A stretch of 64,000 nt of DNA from Bryobacterales bacterium (GCA_965247305.1 OZ252030.1:189262-253261), one strand, 5' to 3'. Positions 17,717-28,289 are shown, counted from the stretch's first letter. Notes: generated from the sequence alone by a model not told the origin. Made by a program: numbers and translations.

Positions 17717-20352
17717 CAGTAGACGTAAACAAACTCGTTCGAATTGAACAGCGATAGCGCGATGTCGGCCAGCGCGCGAGTCTCGGGGGCGACTTCGCTG
17801 GGGTGCGGATTGTGTTCGTAGTCGACCTTTGTGCGAAGCTGCGTGAACTGGTACTTTTCTCCAGTTAACTCACTCGTGATCATCGCGACGATCGTCGGTT
17901 CCTCGCCGCGGGGCTCGACGGGATTGTCAGCATGTCGCTGCCTCATATTTTCGTAATGCTTGAGTGCGAGAGCGAGTTCATCATCGCTCGGCCCGCGCCC
18001 GTACGCCAATTCGAATGCGCGCGCGATGCGTTGCTCGGCGGAGTTGCGCTCGGCTTCAACTCGCTGCGCCATGATGAGCGCCACATCGTGCGACTGCTCG
18101 GCGTTGAGCAGCGCAAATGCCTGTGTGGGCACTGTCGATGACTCGCGACTTTCGCAGGTGAGGTCAGGGTTCGCGCCATTAAAAACTTCGATCATGGGAT
18201 CAAGCAGACTGCGCTGCTGAAAGCTATAAATCGATCGCCGGTTGCGATCGCGCCGTTTCGGAGCGGCCTGATAGGCAGGGCGCAACGTGCCTTGCGCGTG
18301 GCGAGGCTGACGCGCGGCGGCGGCGTTAATCTGCGGATACGTCCCGGGCCCGCCGGTCGAGTCGCTGAGTTCGCCCGAGACCGCGAGCATACTGTCACGA
18401 ATCTCTTCGGCTTCGAGGCGGCGCGGGCTGTAGCGGGCGAGGTAAAGATTTTCTGGGTCGGCTTGCAGCAGCGAATCCATAGCCGGGTGAACGGTCGAGC
18501 GCTGGTACGCCTCGGAAAGCAAGATCACGCGGTGAACGGCTTTGACGCTCCAACCCTGTTCGATGAAAAATCCGGCTAGCCAGTCGAGCAGTTCCGGATG
18601 GGTCGGACGTTCACCCATTTTGCCGAAATTATTGGCGTTGGCCGCGATGCCGCGTCCGAAGTGGTACTGCCAGATTCGGTTTACCATCACCCGCGGGGTT
18701 AGCGGATTGCGAGGGTCCGCAACCCATTCGGCCAGCGCCCGCCGACGTCCGGAAACGGTTTCCGGCAGCACGGCGTCTGGTAGTTCCGAATAGCGTCCAA
18801 CAGCCTCGAGCACCCCTGGGGACACGGGTTCGCCCTGCGCTTGTACGTCGCCTCCGACAAGAATGTTGGTCTTGGCGTTCTCGTAGTCGGCCTTTTGCAT
18901 GTAGCTATTTGCGCCCGACGCAATGTCGTTCCAAGGTTCGACTAGGCCACTGGTGACGACCGTTGCTACTGGGTCAAAGCGGGTGGCCGAGCCCCGGTGC
19001 AGCGTCTGCTGCTTACGGAGCAGTTTGAAGGTCTCGGCCTCTTCCTTCTCGAGGTAGCGCTGCAGTGCGCCACTCGATGCTTTCTCCGCGACTTCTTTGC
19101 CCTTTTCGGCGGCTAACCGCAGGCGGGCACGCTCGTGCATGAGGTCCATGCGGCGCTCCAGCTCGGCGAGGGTATCTCTATAAAACTTCTTGCCGTCCTC
19201 GAATCCGACCGTCGATTCATATGGCTGGAAGGCGAGCGGCTGGCGGGCAAAGGCGGTTGTCGCGAAGGCCGCCTGAATGCGGTAGTAGTCCTTGGTCGGG
19301 ATGGGGTCAAACTTGTGGTCGTGGCAGCGCGCGCAACCGAGTGTAAGCCCTAAGAACGACTGACCGATGTGGTGCGTTACGTCGTCCAAGAACAACTGGC
19401 GCGTGATGGCCGCGACTGCCATCCCCGTGTGTTCCCAGGGACCCGTTCGGAGGAAGCCGGTCGCCAAGATTGCTTCGGGGTCGTCGTGAAATATTTCGTC
19501 GCCGGCAATTTGCTCGAGGACGAAGCGGTCGTAGGGCTTGTCGTGGTTGAAGCTACGAATAACGTAGTCGCGATAGCGCCAGGCTGTCGGGTGTTCAAAG
19601 TCATTTGAGTATCCAGAGGTGTCGGCGTAGCGCGTCACGTCAAGCCAGTGGCGGCCCCAGCGTTCGCCGTAGCGCGGCGACGAGAGCAAGCGCTCGACGA
19701 CCTTCTTGTAGGCACCTTCGCTGCTGTCGCCGAGAAAAGTTTTCACTTCGTCCGGCGTCGGTGGCAGTCCGGTTACGTCAAACGTCACGCGGCGAAGGAG
19801 CGTTAATTTGTCAGCGGCGGGGGCCGGCGCGATGCCTTTTTCGACGAGCTTTTCGAGAATGAATGAGTCGACTGGGGTGCGAATACCGTGGCCTTGTCCC
19901 GCCAGGGCTGGCGGTGTGACTTTCCTGAGCGGACGAAATGCCCACAGGTCTTGCTCGGCGTAATCCCAGTTGTGCTCGGCCGATGCTGTGATGAAAGGTG
20001 CTCCGGCGGAGATCCACGCACGAAATGCGCGAACCGTTTCGGCGGGGAGCTGTTTCTGGTCGTCGCCAGGAGGCATTTGCAGTTCGCCGGCATGCTCGAT
20101 GGCAGCAATTAGAGTACCGGCGTCGGGGTTGCCCGCGACAATCGCAGCTCCCTGCTGACCACCCTTGAGCGCGCCCTCGCGCGAACGCAGGTCGAGCTTG
20201 CCAAATGTGTTTCCCTCGCCGTGGCAGCCCACGCATTGCTGCTTGAGAGTCGGCTGAATGGTGTTTCGGAATAATTCTTCGCCGGACTCGGCGGCTAGAC
20301 CGATGGCCGGCAAGACCCAAAGCGCAACTAGAAAAACTTTCGTGACAGACAC
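17716..20352 (-). CDS. PSCyt/DUF1549/DUF1553 (PSD1) protein with N-terminal cytochrome c motif
   Basis: Signal peptide and heme motif CVGCHG. Its length (878 aa) and pairing with DUF1501 are typical of this family. Confidence 0.85.
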   Translation of the reverse strand: MSVTKVFLVALWVLPAIGLAAESGEELFRNTIQPTLKQQCVGCHGEGNTFGKLDLRSREGALKGGQQGAAIVAGNPDAGTLIAAIEHAGELQMPPGDDQKQLPAETVRAFRAWISAGAPFITASAEHNWDYAEQDLWAFRPLRKVTPPALAGQGHGIRTPVDSFILEKLVEKGIAPAPAADKLTLLRRVTFDVTGLPPTPDEVKTFLGDSSEGAYKKVVERLLSSPRYGERWGRHWLDVTRYADTSGYSNDFEHPTAWRYRDYVIRSFNHDKPYDRFVLEQIAGDEIFHDDPEAILATGFLRTGPWEHTGMAVAAITRQLFLDDVTHHIGQSFLGLTLGCARCHDHKFDPIPTKDYYRIQAAFATTAFARQPLAFQPYESTVGFEDGKKFYRDTLAELERRMDLMHERARLRLAAEKGKEVAEKASSGALQRYLEKEEAETFKLLRKQQTLHRGSATRFDPVATVVTSGLVEPWNDIASGANSYMQKADYENAKTNILVGGDVQAQGEPVSPGVLEAVGRYSELPDAVLPETVSGRRRALAEWVADPRNPLTPRVMVNRIWQYHFGRGIAANANNFGKMGERPTHPELLDWLAGFFIEQGWSVKAVHRVILLSEAYQRSTVHPAMDSLLQADPENLYLARYSPRRLEAEEIRDSMLAVSGELSDSTGGPGTYPQINAAAARQPRHAQGTLRPAYQAAPKRRDRNRRSIYSFQQRSLLDPMIEVFNGANPDLTCESRESSTVPTQAFALLNAEQSHDVALIMAQRVEAERNSAEQRIARAFELAYGRGPSDDELALALKHYENMRQRHADNPVEPRGEEPTIVAMITSELTGEKYQFTQLRTKVDYEHNPHPSEVAPETRALADIALSLFNSNEFVYVY

Positions 20353-20414
20353 AACTAACTCACTGTAAGTATTCTAAACGGTCCATACTCGCGGCGAAAA
20401 AGTCTTGACGGTTA

Positions 20415-20438
20415 GTTTCAGAATGTATATTCTGAAAC
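20415..20438. promoter_or_regulatory. palindromic operator (putative TetR site) overlapping the TetR gene promoter
   Basis: GTTTCAGAAT-GTAT-ATTCTGAAAC. TTGACG lies at 20405-20410 and TATTCT at 20428-20433 (17-bp spacer). The ATG at 20440 follows directly with no SD, so the transcript is probably leaderless. Confidence 0.6.
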
Positions 20439-20439
20439 T

Positions 20440-21027
20440 ATGGCTAGGCCGCGAGAGTTCGAACCCGAGCAAGCTCTTGAGCAGGCCCTGCATGTTTTTT
20501 GGGAAAAAGGATACGAGGACACCTCGTTCGAAGACATCGTCAAGGCCACAAACGTTAGCCGCTATGGCCTCTACGGCGCTTTTGGAAACAAGCGAGACCT
20601 GTTTCGCAAGGTGCTGCGGCAGTACGCGGATTTCTTCATCCACAACTACCAAGCGGAGCTCCGCAAACCAGATGCTTCGCTGCCGCAGATCCGCGAGTAT
20701 TTCGAGACTCTCTTACTGCTTGGGGATAGCATGCTTGCTGGTCGTGGCTGCATGATCTGCAATACGGCCGTCGAAGTGGCGCCTCACGACCCGGAGATCG
20801 CCGCGGAAATTCGCAAGCTGTTTGGCGAGCTTGTCGGTGTATTTCGTCGGGCGCTTCAGAATGCCCACGACAACGGAGATATTTCGTCTGAACTCTCTGT
20901 CGATGACTGGGCGGTGAATCTTGCCGCACTTACCCAGAGCTCTGCCGTGATGGCTCGAGTCGGCATCAAGATGGCGACGGTAAGAAAAAGCATTGAGGCC
21001 GCGCTAGGCGCCCTCGAATGTAAGTGA
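20440..21027 (+). CDS. TetR/AcrR family transcriptional regulator
   Basis: N-terminal HTH region EQALHVFWEKGYEDTSFEDIVKATNVSRYGLYGAFGNKRDLF. Confidence 0.9.
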   Translation: MARPREFEPEQALEQALHVFWEKGYEDTSFEDIVKATNVSRYGLYGAFGNKRDLFRKVLRQYADFFIHNYQAELRKPDASLPQIREYFETLLLLGDSMLAGRGCMICNTAVEVAPHDPEIAAEIRKLFGELVGVFRRALQNAHDNGDISSELSVDDWAVNLAALTQSSAVMARVGIKMATVRKSIEAALGALECK

Positions 21028-21047
21028 AAGGATTTTTGTCACAGAAA

Positions 21048-21067
21048 TTCAGAATGTGTATTCTGGA
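21048..21067. promoter_or_regulatory. second copy of the operator, upstream of the RND gene
   Basis: TTCAGAAT-GTGT-ATTCTGGA has the same CAGAAT-N4-ATTCTG core as 20415-20438. It lies 23 nt upstream of the RND start. Confidence 0.55.
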
Positions 21068-21089
21068 TCGACACTAATGGGAAACACGA

Positions 21090-23444
21090 ATGACAAAGTC
21101 GAACCAATCAATTGATCGCTTCGCCGCCGGCCTGGCCGATTTCGTGATCAGGCGGCGATTGCTCGTGATCGCACTCTGCTTGGTTACCGTTGTTGCCGCC
21201 GGCTCCGGTGCGCGCTTCTTGGGGTTTTCGAACAACTACAGCACCTACTTCAGTCCTGAGAATCCCGACCTCGTCGACTTCGAAAATTTTCAAGACACAT
21301 ACACCAAAAACGACAACATCCTTTTTATCGTTCAGCCGGAGGAAGGTAGCATCTTCACGCCGCGCATGGCGGGGGCCATTGAATGGCTAACGGAGGAGTC
21401 TTGGCAGATTCCCTATACGATTCGAGTGGACTCGATCACGAATTTTCAACACAGCTCGGCTGAAGGCGATGACTTAACCGTCGACGACCTGATCCGAGGT
21501 GGCGCAGACCTTTCGCAAAGCGAACTGGATGATCGCAAGCGCATCGCTCTCGCCGAACCCTTGCTCAACGGCAGCATGATTTCTCCAGACGCAAGAACCA
21601 CGGGCGTGAACGTCACGCTGCAATACCCGGAAGAGAGCCTCATGGAGGTTCCCGAGAGCGCAGCGTACGCTCGCAATCTCGCCGCTCAGTTGAAGGAAAA
21701 ATACCCTGGGATAACGGTCGCGATTTCGGGCGTCTCGATGCTGAATAACGCCTTCGCGGAGTCGGGAATGATGGATTCCATGACGCTTGTACCCTTCATG
21801 TACTTCGTCCTCATCGTAGTGATGATCTTTACTTTGCGCAGCTTCAGCGCAACGGTTGCGACGCTACTGGTTATTGGCTTTTCGACGGCCACCGCGCTCG
21901 GGCTCGCGGGCTACCTCGGGCTGATGCTCGATCCGATTGCGATCACCGCGCCGACTATAATTTTGACCCTTGCGATCGCCGATAGCGTCCACATTTTGGT
22001 GTCGATGCTGACCCTGATGCGCGCCGGGAAAGACAAGACAGCAGCGCTGAAAGAAAGCATCACGATCAACTTCTTGCCGGTCGTTATCACCAGCGCGACT
22101 ACGATCGTCGGGTTCCTGGCACTCAATTCGTCCGACTCACCACCATTCTGGAATCTCGGCAATATCACCGCGATGGGAATTTTCTCGGCTCTAATCTACT
22201 CGGTGACACTCATGCCGGCGGTCGTCAGCTTGCTGCCGATTCGGGTAAAGGGCGGGGCCGAGAGAAATCAGAACTGGCCTGACCGCATGTCGACGTTCGT
22301 AGTGTCTCGACGCCGCCCGATTCTGGTAGTAACGACCGCGCTGACGTTGATCTTTGCCGCCTTCGTCCCGACGCTTGATCTCAACGACGAATGGGTCCGC
22401 TATTTCGATCGCCGCGTGCAGTTCCGCAATGACGCTGAATTTGGCATCAAACATCTCAACGGAATCTATGTCGTCGAATATTCGGTCGAGGCAGGCGAGC
22501 CGGGGGCGATTAGCGAACCCGAATATATTTCGACCCTTGAGAGGTTTACCGCTTGGTTGCGAGAGCAGACCGAGGTCACCCGCGTTTACAGTTACAGCGA
22601 CATCATCAAGCGCCTCAACAAGAATATGCACGGCGATGACGCCTCGTGGTACGCCGTACCGGAGGAACGCAATCTCGCCGCGCAGTACCTGCTGCTGTTT
22701 GAACTCTCACTGCCGTTCGGCCTCGATCTCAACGACCGCATCAACATCGACAAGTCGGCGACACGTGTCACCGCCACGGTTGGGCAATTGCCGACGGTTC
22801 AGCTAAGGCAGTTTCTTGAGCGTTCGGAGGCGTGGCTCGCCGACAACGCGCCGGAATACATGCGAGCATCGCCTACCGGCGCGTCGGTAATGTTCTCGTA
22901 CATTTCCGAGCGCAATATTCGCAGCATGTTGGGAGGCAACTTGATCGCGGTGTTGCTGATCTCAATGATCATGATGCTGGCTCTGCGCAGTCTGCCGATT
23001 GGAGCAATGAGCCTGGTCCCGAACTTAGTGCCGATCCTGATGACCTTTGGAATTTGGGCAGTGTTTGTCGGACAAGTTGGGATGGCGGCGGCGACGGTTT
23101 CGGCTACGTCGCTGGGAATTGTTGTCGATAGCACCGTCCACTTCCTTGCCAAATATTTGCGGGCGCGGCGCGAGAAGAACTGCAGCCGGCCGGACGCCGT
23201 CCGCTACACGTTTCAGATGGTTGGGCGCGCTCTGCTCATTAACTCCCTGATTTTGGCGTTTGGCTTTGGCGTGTTGGCCTTTTCGACATTCCGCATCAAT
23301 TTCGAGATGGGCCTGCTCACCGCAATCGCTATCGTGATCGCGTTGGCAGTCGATTTTCTACTGCTGCCCGCTCTTTTGCTTATTGGATACAAGAAGGAAG
23401 AAGAAACAAGTTATGCAGATCAAACCGTTGTTCAAGCTGCTTAA
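21090..23444 (+). CDS. RND-superfamily exporter of the MMPL/HpnN-like type
   Basis: 784 aa with two blocks of about 6 TM helices, each preceded by a large soluble loop. The sequence style is that of MMPL-type transporters. Confidence 0.8.
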   Translation: MTKSNQSIDRFAAGLADFVIRRRLLVIALCLVTVVAAGSGARFLGFSNNYSTYFSPENPDLVDFENFQDTYTKNDNILFIVQPEEGSIFTPRMAGAIEWLTEESWQIPYTIRVDSITNFQHSSAEGDDLTVDDLIRGGADLSQSELDDRKRIALAEPLLNGSMISPDARTTGVNVTLQYPEESLMEVPESAAYARNLAAQLKEKYPGITVAISGVSMLNNAFAESGMMDSMTLVPFMYFVLIVVMIFTLRSFSATVATLLVIGFSTATALGLAGYLGLMLDPIAITAPTIILTLAIADSVHILVSMLTLMRAGKDKTAALKESITINFLPVVITSATTIVGFLALNSSDSPPFWNLGNITAMGIFSALIYSVTLMPAVVSLLPIRVKGGAERNQNWPDRMSTFVVSRRRPILVVTTALTLIFAAFVPTLDLNDEWVRYFDRRVQFRNDAEFGIKHLNGIYVVEYSVEAGEPGAISEPEYISTLERFTAWLREQTEVTRVYSYSDIIKRLNKNMHGDDASWYAVPEERNLAAQYLLLFELSLPFGLDLNDRINIDKSATRVTATVGQLPTVQLRQFLERSEAWLADNAPEYMRASPTGASVMFSYISERNIRSMLGGNLIAVLLISMIMMLALRSLPIGAMSLVPNLVPILMTFGIWAVFVGQVGMAAATVSATSLGIVVDSTVHFLAKYLRARREKNCSRPDAVRYTFQMVGRALLINSLILAFGFGVLAFSTFRINFEMGLLTAIAIVIALAVDFLLLPALLLIGYKKEEETSYADQTVVQAA

Positions 23445-24228
23445 TAGCATTGGCTTCGCCGCGGCACTTTCATTAGTGCTCGCCGCTGACGCACCCACTG
23501 GGCCGATGGCCGAGAAGGGTTTTGAGATTGCCGCACGCAGCGACCGTAGTGACCGTGGATTTGGCGACAGCAAGGTCAATTTGACGATGATTCTGCGCAA
23601 CAAGGCGGGCAAGGAATCGAAACGAGTCCCGTCGATATCGACGCTCGAGGTTCCAGACGAGAGCGTCGGCGACAAGGGAATTATTGTGTTCGAGAGCCCA
23701 GCCGACATTGACGGTACCGCGCTGCTTTCACACGCGAAGATACTCGAGCCGGACGATCAGTGGCTGTTCCTGCCTGCGCTGAAGCGCGTCAAGCGAATCT
23801 CGTCGGTGAATAAGTCCGGCCCGTTCGTGGGCAGCGAATTCGCATTCGAGGATTTCACCTCGCTCGAGCTCAACAAGTTTACTTACAATTACCTCCGTCA
23901 AGAGCCGTGCGGCTCGATGACCTGCGATGTGGTCGAGCGCTACCCGCGCTACGAGCATTCGGGCTACACGAAACAACTCTCATGGCTGGACGCGACGGAT
24001 TTTCAAGTACGTAAAGTCGAATTCTACGACCGGCGCGGCGATCTACTGAAGACGTTGACGCTCGAAGATTACAAGCTGTACGAAGGCGGAGTTTGGCGGG
24101 CGCAGAAGATGTCAATGGTGAATCACAAGACCGCTAAGAGTACTGACTTGCTCTACGCAGACTACGAGTTTAAGACGGGGTTGAAAGAGATCAACTTTGT
24201 CCAGACCGTGCTGACTCGCTTGCGTTGA
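23413..24228 (+). CDS. outer membrane lipoprotein-sorting (LolA-like) protein
   Basis: ATG at 23413 with signal peptide MQIKPLFKLLNSIGFAAALSLVLAA. Contains DDQWLFLPALKRVKRISSVNKSGPFVGSEFAFEDF, typical of the LolA_like family. It overlaps the RND gene end by 32 nt. Confidence 0.75.
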   Translation: MQIKPLFKLLNSIGFAAALSLVLAADAPTGPMAEKGFEIAARSDRSDRGFGDSKVNLTMILRNKAGKESKRVPSISTLEVPDESVGDKGIIVFESPADIDGTALLSHAKILEPDDQWLFLPALKRVKRISSVNKSGPFVGSEFAFEDFTSLELNKFTYNYLRQEPCGSMTCDVVERYPRYEHSGYTKQLSWLDATDFQVRKVEFYDRRGDLLKTLTLEDYKLYEGGVWRAQKMSMVNHKTAKSTDLLYADYEFKTGLKEINFVQTVLTRLR

Positions 24229-24271
24229 TCGGTAGGGGGCTCGACATCGGAACTCAAGCTGGCGGACGCCG

Positions 24272-25480
24272 ATGGGTTTGCTGAAGCATACGGGCCTGGC
24301 TAGCCGCGCCGCAACGCTTGTGTTCCTGATCGCCGCAGGATCGGCACTGGCGGGCGACGGTTCAGTCTCCGGGTATGTCGCCGGTGAATTTCGCGCATTT
24401 CCTAGTGAGCCCCTTCAGGCCGGCCAATTCGAAACTTTCCAGCCGTCGTTCCTGGCGGTACCGGAGTTTCGGTATCGCAGCGAGAACGGCAACGAGCAGT
24501 TCACTGTCATTCCGTTCTTGCACATCGATTCTCAGGACGGAAACCGCACGCACTTCGATGTCCGCGAGGCCTACTGGCTGCATCGCGCCGATTCATGGGA
24601 TCTCACCGTAGGACTCAACAAAGTCTATTGGGGAGTCGCCGAATCACGTCATCTAGTCGATGTCATCAACCAAACCGATTTCGTTGAAGACATCGATGAA
24701 GAAGACAAACTCGGACAGCCGATGCTGAACCTCAACCTGCGGAGCAGTTGGGGAGCCGTTAGCTTGTTCCTACTGCCCGGCTTTCGGGAACGGACATTCA
24801 GTGACCGGGATGGCCGCCCCGGTTTTCCACTGCCGATTGACGTCGACAACGCTGTGTATGAATCGGGGCGAGGCCGCGGACACGTCGATTTTGCAGCCCG
24901 TCACTCGCATTTTCTCGGCGATTGGGACGTCGGAGTCTCATATTTCCAGGGCACCGGACGCGAGCCTCGGTTCGTTCCCAGCGTTCGGCGCGATCGGTTG
25001 ATTCCTCACTACGACTTGATCAAACAGGGCAGCGTAGACGTGCAATACACCAAGAACGCCTGGCTGTGGAAGTTCGAGGGCATCGTGCGCGAGGGACAGG
25101 GTAGTACGTTTGGCGCGATGGTTGGCGGCTTCGAATACACCTTGTACCAAGTCGCGGGAGCGGCCGATCTTGGTCTGATAGTTGAGTACCAGCGCGACGA
25201 GCGTGACCCTGACGCGCCGTTCACGCTTGGCGACGATGATTTGTTCTTCGGCGCGCGCTACGCCTTAAACGACACGCAGGACACGTCAATCCTGGCGGGT
25301 GCTCTGGTAGACCGTGATACGCGCGCAACCGCCGTTCTCATCGAGGCTGAACGGCGTCTGAGCGAGCATTGGAAGTTTGAGTTCGAGGGCCGCTTTTTCA
25401 CCAATACCGAGCCGCGGGACCCGTTGTACTTCTTTCGCAACGATAGTTTTGTGACCGGGCGGCTGTCTTACTTCTTTTGA
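24272..25480 (+). CDS. putative outer-membrane beta-barrel protein
   Basis: Signal peptide, alternating beta-strand pattern, and a C-terminal GRLSYFF (terminal Phe) typical of OMPs. Confidence 0.6.
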   Translation: MGLLKHTGLASRAATLVFLIAAGSALAGDGSVSGYVAGEFRAFPSEPLQAGQFETFQPSFLAVPEFRYRSENGNEQFTVIPFLHIDSQDGNRTHFDVREAYWLHRADSWDLTVGLNKVYWGVAESRHLVDVINQTDFVEDIDEEDKLGQPMLNLNLRSSWGAVSLFLLPGFRERTFSDRDGRPGFPLPIDVDNAVYESGRGRGHVDFAARHSHFLGDWDVGVSYFQGTGREPRFVPSVRRDRLIPHYDLIKQGSVDVQYTKNAWLWKFEGIVREGQGSTFGAMVGGFEYTLYQVAGAADLGLIVEYQRDERDPDAPFTLGDDDLFFGARYALNDTQDTSILAGALVDRDTRATAVLIEAERRLSEHWKFEFEGRFFTNTEPRDPLYFFRNDSFVTGRLSYFF

Positions 25481-25574
25481 GCGGGGCGGGCGGTAGGTGT
25501 CGACCGACGGGTTGACATGGCCAGCGTGCGCACAGCTTCGTATTCGTCTGGCAAAGTTCTCTATCATGTGCGTG

Positions 25575-27059
25575 ATGAGCCTTACTCGACGCGAACTGAT
25601 GTTTTCTTCCCTGGCGGCGGCCTCGGCGCGATCATTGGTTGCTCAACGCAAGCGCCCGAATATCCTGTTCGCGATCGCTGATGACTGGGGCTGGCCCCAC
25701 GCCGGCGCGTACGGATGCACCTGGGTCAACACACCGTCATTCGACCGGATCGCGAAAGAGGGCGTGCTATTTACGAACTGCTTTACGTCGAACCCCAAGT
25801 GCGCTCCTTGCCGCGCAAGCATATTGACCGGGCGCAATAGTTGGCAACTTGAAGAGGCGACGAATCACTTCGGCGTGTTCCCGGCAAAGTGGGATGTTTT
25901 TCCGGATTTACTCGAAAGCGCCGGGTACCACGTTGGCTACACCGGCAAGGGTTGGGGACCGGGCGACCACGAAGCCGGCGGGTTCAAGCGCAACCCTGCC
26001 GGGCCAAACTACGACAAGTACACCTCGCCACCCAAATTCCGCTACATCTCGAACAAAGACTACGCCCGCAACTTCGAGCACTTTCTCGACAGCCGAGAGG
26101 ACGAACAGCCCTTCTGCTTTTGGTTCGGCACCCACGAGCCGCACCGAGCCTACGAGGACGGTGCCGGTGAACGCAGCGACAAGCTCTACAAAGACGTCGA
26201 TGTCCCCAAGTTTTATCCGGACAACGAAACGATCCGTCGTGATCTCGCCGACTACGCCGTCGAAAGCGAGTGGTTCGATACGCACCTGGGCCGCATCCTA
26301 AAGAAAATCGAAGCGATGGGTGAGTTGGACAATACGCTCGTACTCGTCACGTCCGACCACGGCATGCCATTCCCGCGCGTCAAGGGACAGATTTATGAGT
26401 ACGGTTTTCACTTGCCGTTGGCGGTGCGCTGGGGCGGCATGACTGGCGACCGCAAGATCGACGACTTTATCAACGTGCGCGACTACGCGCCCACGTTTCT
26501 CGAGCTGGCGGGAATTGAGGTTCCTGACTCGATGACCGGTAAGAGTTTTCTGGATGTGCTCGAGTCTGGGGATTCCGGGTCAGTCGACCAGACCCGCAAT
26601 CGCATGCTCATCGGCAAAGAGCGCCATGATCTGGGCCGCCCTAACGATTGGGGCTACCCCGTGCGTGCTCTGCGGACGCCGGAGTACCTCTACGTCCGCA
26701 ACTACGAGCCCGATCGCTGGCCCGCCGGCAACCCCGAGACGGGCTACCGCAACTGCGACGACAGCCCGACGAAATTTCAACTGTTGCGGGGATTTGATGA
26801 GTTCTACCGTATGGCCTTTGGCAAACGCCCGGCTGAGGAGCTGTACAAGATCCCCGAAGACATGGACTGCGTCGATAACCTGGCCGACGACCCTGCCCAC
26901 TCAGAAACCAAGAAGCAGATGCGTGCTGAGCTTGAGCAGCGACTGAAAGACGACGGCGATCCGCGAGCGCTCGGGGAGGGCTGGGTCTTCGATACGTATA
27001 AATACACCGGTGGGCGAAGGCACTCGTTCGACACCTGGCTCTCAAACCATAAGCCGTAG
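25575..27059 (+). CDS. sulfatase (formylglycine-type arylsulfatase family)
   Basis: Canonical C-x-P-x-R site in NPKCAPCRASILTGR, plus ADDWGW and SDHG. Tat-like start MSLTRRELMFSSLAAASA at 25575. The ORF is open from 25497. Confidence 0.85.
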   Translation: MSLTRRELMFSSLAAASARSLVAQRKRPNILFAIADDWGWPHAGAYGCTWVNTPSFDRIAKEGVLFTNCFTSNPKCAPCRASILTGRNSWQLEEATNHFGVFPAKWDVFPDLLESAGYHVGYTGKGWGPGDHEAGGFKRNPAGPNYDKYTSPPKFRYISNKDYARNFEHFLDSREDEQPFCFWFGTHEPHRAYEDGAGERSDKLYKDVDVPKFYPDNETIRRDLADYAVESEWFDTHLGRILKKIEAMGELDNTLVLVTSDHGMPFPRVKGQIYEYGFHLPLAVRWGGMTGDRKIDDFINVRDYAPTFLELAGIEVPDSMTGKSFLDVLESGDSGSVDQTRNRMLIGKERHDLGRPNDWGYPVRALRTPEYLYVRNYEPDRWPAGNPETGYRNCDDSPTKFQLLRGFDEFYRMAFGKRPAEELYKIPEDMDCVDNLADDPAHSETKKQMRAELEQRLKDDGDPRALGEGWVFDTYKYTGGRRHSFDTWLSNHKP

Positions 27060-27238
27060 CTGTTTGAACCGGGCGCGACAGGGCCTGTGACATAACGTCG
27101 AGCACGACGATCGAGCGCAACCAAGCAGTGGCGCGCCTGTCGCCTGCTTTCGCCGTCTGATAGAACACACTCGGCCGCCCTGGTAGAATCAGCCTTCTGG
27201 AAACCCGTCTTGGCCGCGGGTCGTCTTTCTTACTGCAG

Positions 27239-28222
27239 ATGGGTCGCTTCCCCAAGTTAGTGTTAGTCGGCGCGATAGCCTTGCTGCTGCCAATGGTTGC
27301 GCAGCAGCAAGCAGCGGACGAAGAGATCCTCGAAGATCCCACGTTCTCGCTCGACGTCAAGGTAGTCAACCTGCTGGCCACAGTCAAAGATGGCAAAGGC
27401 TTGCTCGTCAACAGCTTGACCAAGGACGATTTCATTCTTGAGGAGGACGGTGCCCGCCAAGACGTCACATATTTTGCTCGACAGACCGATCTTCCAATCA
27501 CCATCGGACTGCTCGTCGATACCAGCGTCAGCCAGCAGCGACTGATCGAAGACGAGCGCTACGCTTCGTCGAAGTTCTTTGAGGCCATTCTCCGTGAGAA
27601 AAAGGATCTCGCGTTCTTGATGAGCTTCGACTCCAACGTCGAGTTGTTGCAGGACTACACCGATTCGCGCACGCTCCTTGGGCGCGGACTCGAAGACCTG
27701 CAAATCGAAAGCTCGGTCGGGGGCCTACACCCCGGTCCGACTGGTTCTGGTCGCGGCGTCGGCACGGCGCTTTACGACTCGATCTACCTCGCTTGCGACG
27801 AAATGTTTAAGGGGCAAGTAGGCCGCAAAGCGCTGGTCCTCATCTCCGACGGCAACGACTCGGGCAGCAAGATGAAAATTGAGCAGGCCATCGAGGCCGC
27901 GCATCGCTCCGACGTTGTGATCTTCTCGATACGCTACTTCGATCGCCAATTTTATATGCAGTACGGGCAAGGCTTCGGTGGCTCGGGCACATTGAACCGC
28001 ATTTCGCGCGACACCGGCGGATCGCTCTTCGAAGTCACCAAGCGTAAGACTCTGAGCAGCATCTACGACGCGATCAACAAAGAGATGCGCAATCAGTACA
28101 GCATCGGCTACTCACCAAAGCGCGACCTATCCGTCTTAGGATTTCGTAAGATCAAATTACGCACCCGGCAAAAGGGCCTCAAGGTCCAGGCGCGTGAAGG
28201 ATACTATCCGGGCGTGATTTAG
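27239..28222 (+). CDS. VWA domain protein (VWFA-related acidobacterial type)
   Basis: Contains DVKVVNLLATVKD..G..V..L.KDDF.ILEDG..Q....F, then IGLLVDTSVS (MIDAS-like) and LVLISDGNDSGS. The family assignment is from memory. Confidence 0.75.
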   Translation: MGRFPKLVLVGAIALLLPMVAQQQAADEEILEDPTFSLDVKVVNLLATVKDGKGLLVNSLTKDDFILEEDGARQDVTYFARQTDLPITIGLLVDTSVSQQRLIEDERYASSKFFEAILREKKDLAFLMSFDSNVELLQDYTDSRTLLGRGLEDLQIESSVGGLHPGPTGSGRGVGTALYDSIYLACDEMFKGQVGRKALVLISDGNDSGSKMKIEQAIEAAHRSDVVIFSIRYFDRQFYMQYGQGFGGSGTLNRISRDTGGSLFEVTKRKTLSSIYDAINKEMRNQYSIGYSPKRDLSVLGFRKIKLRTRQKGLKVQAREGYYPGVI

Positions 28223-28289
28223 CCGTTGAGTGAGCGGTCTTCGCTGGCCGGAGATCGCTGACCAAACCCCAATTTTGGAGATTTGCCCC

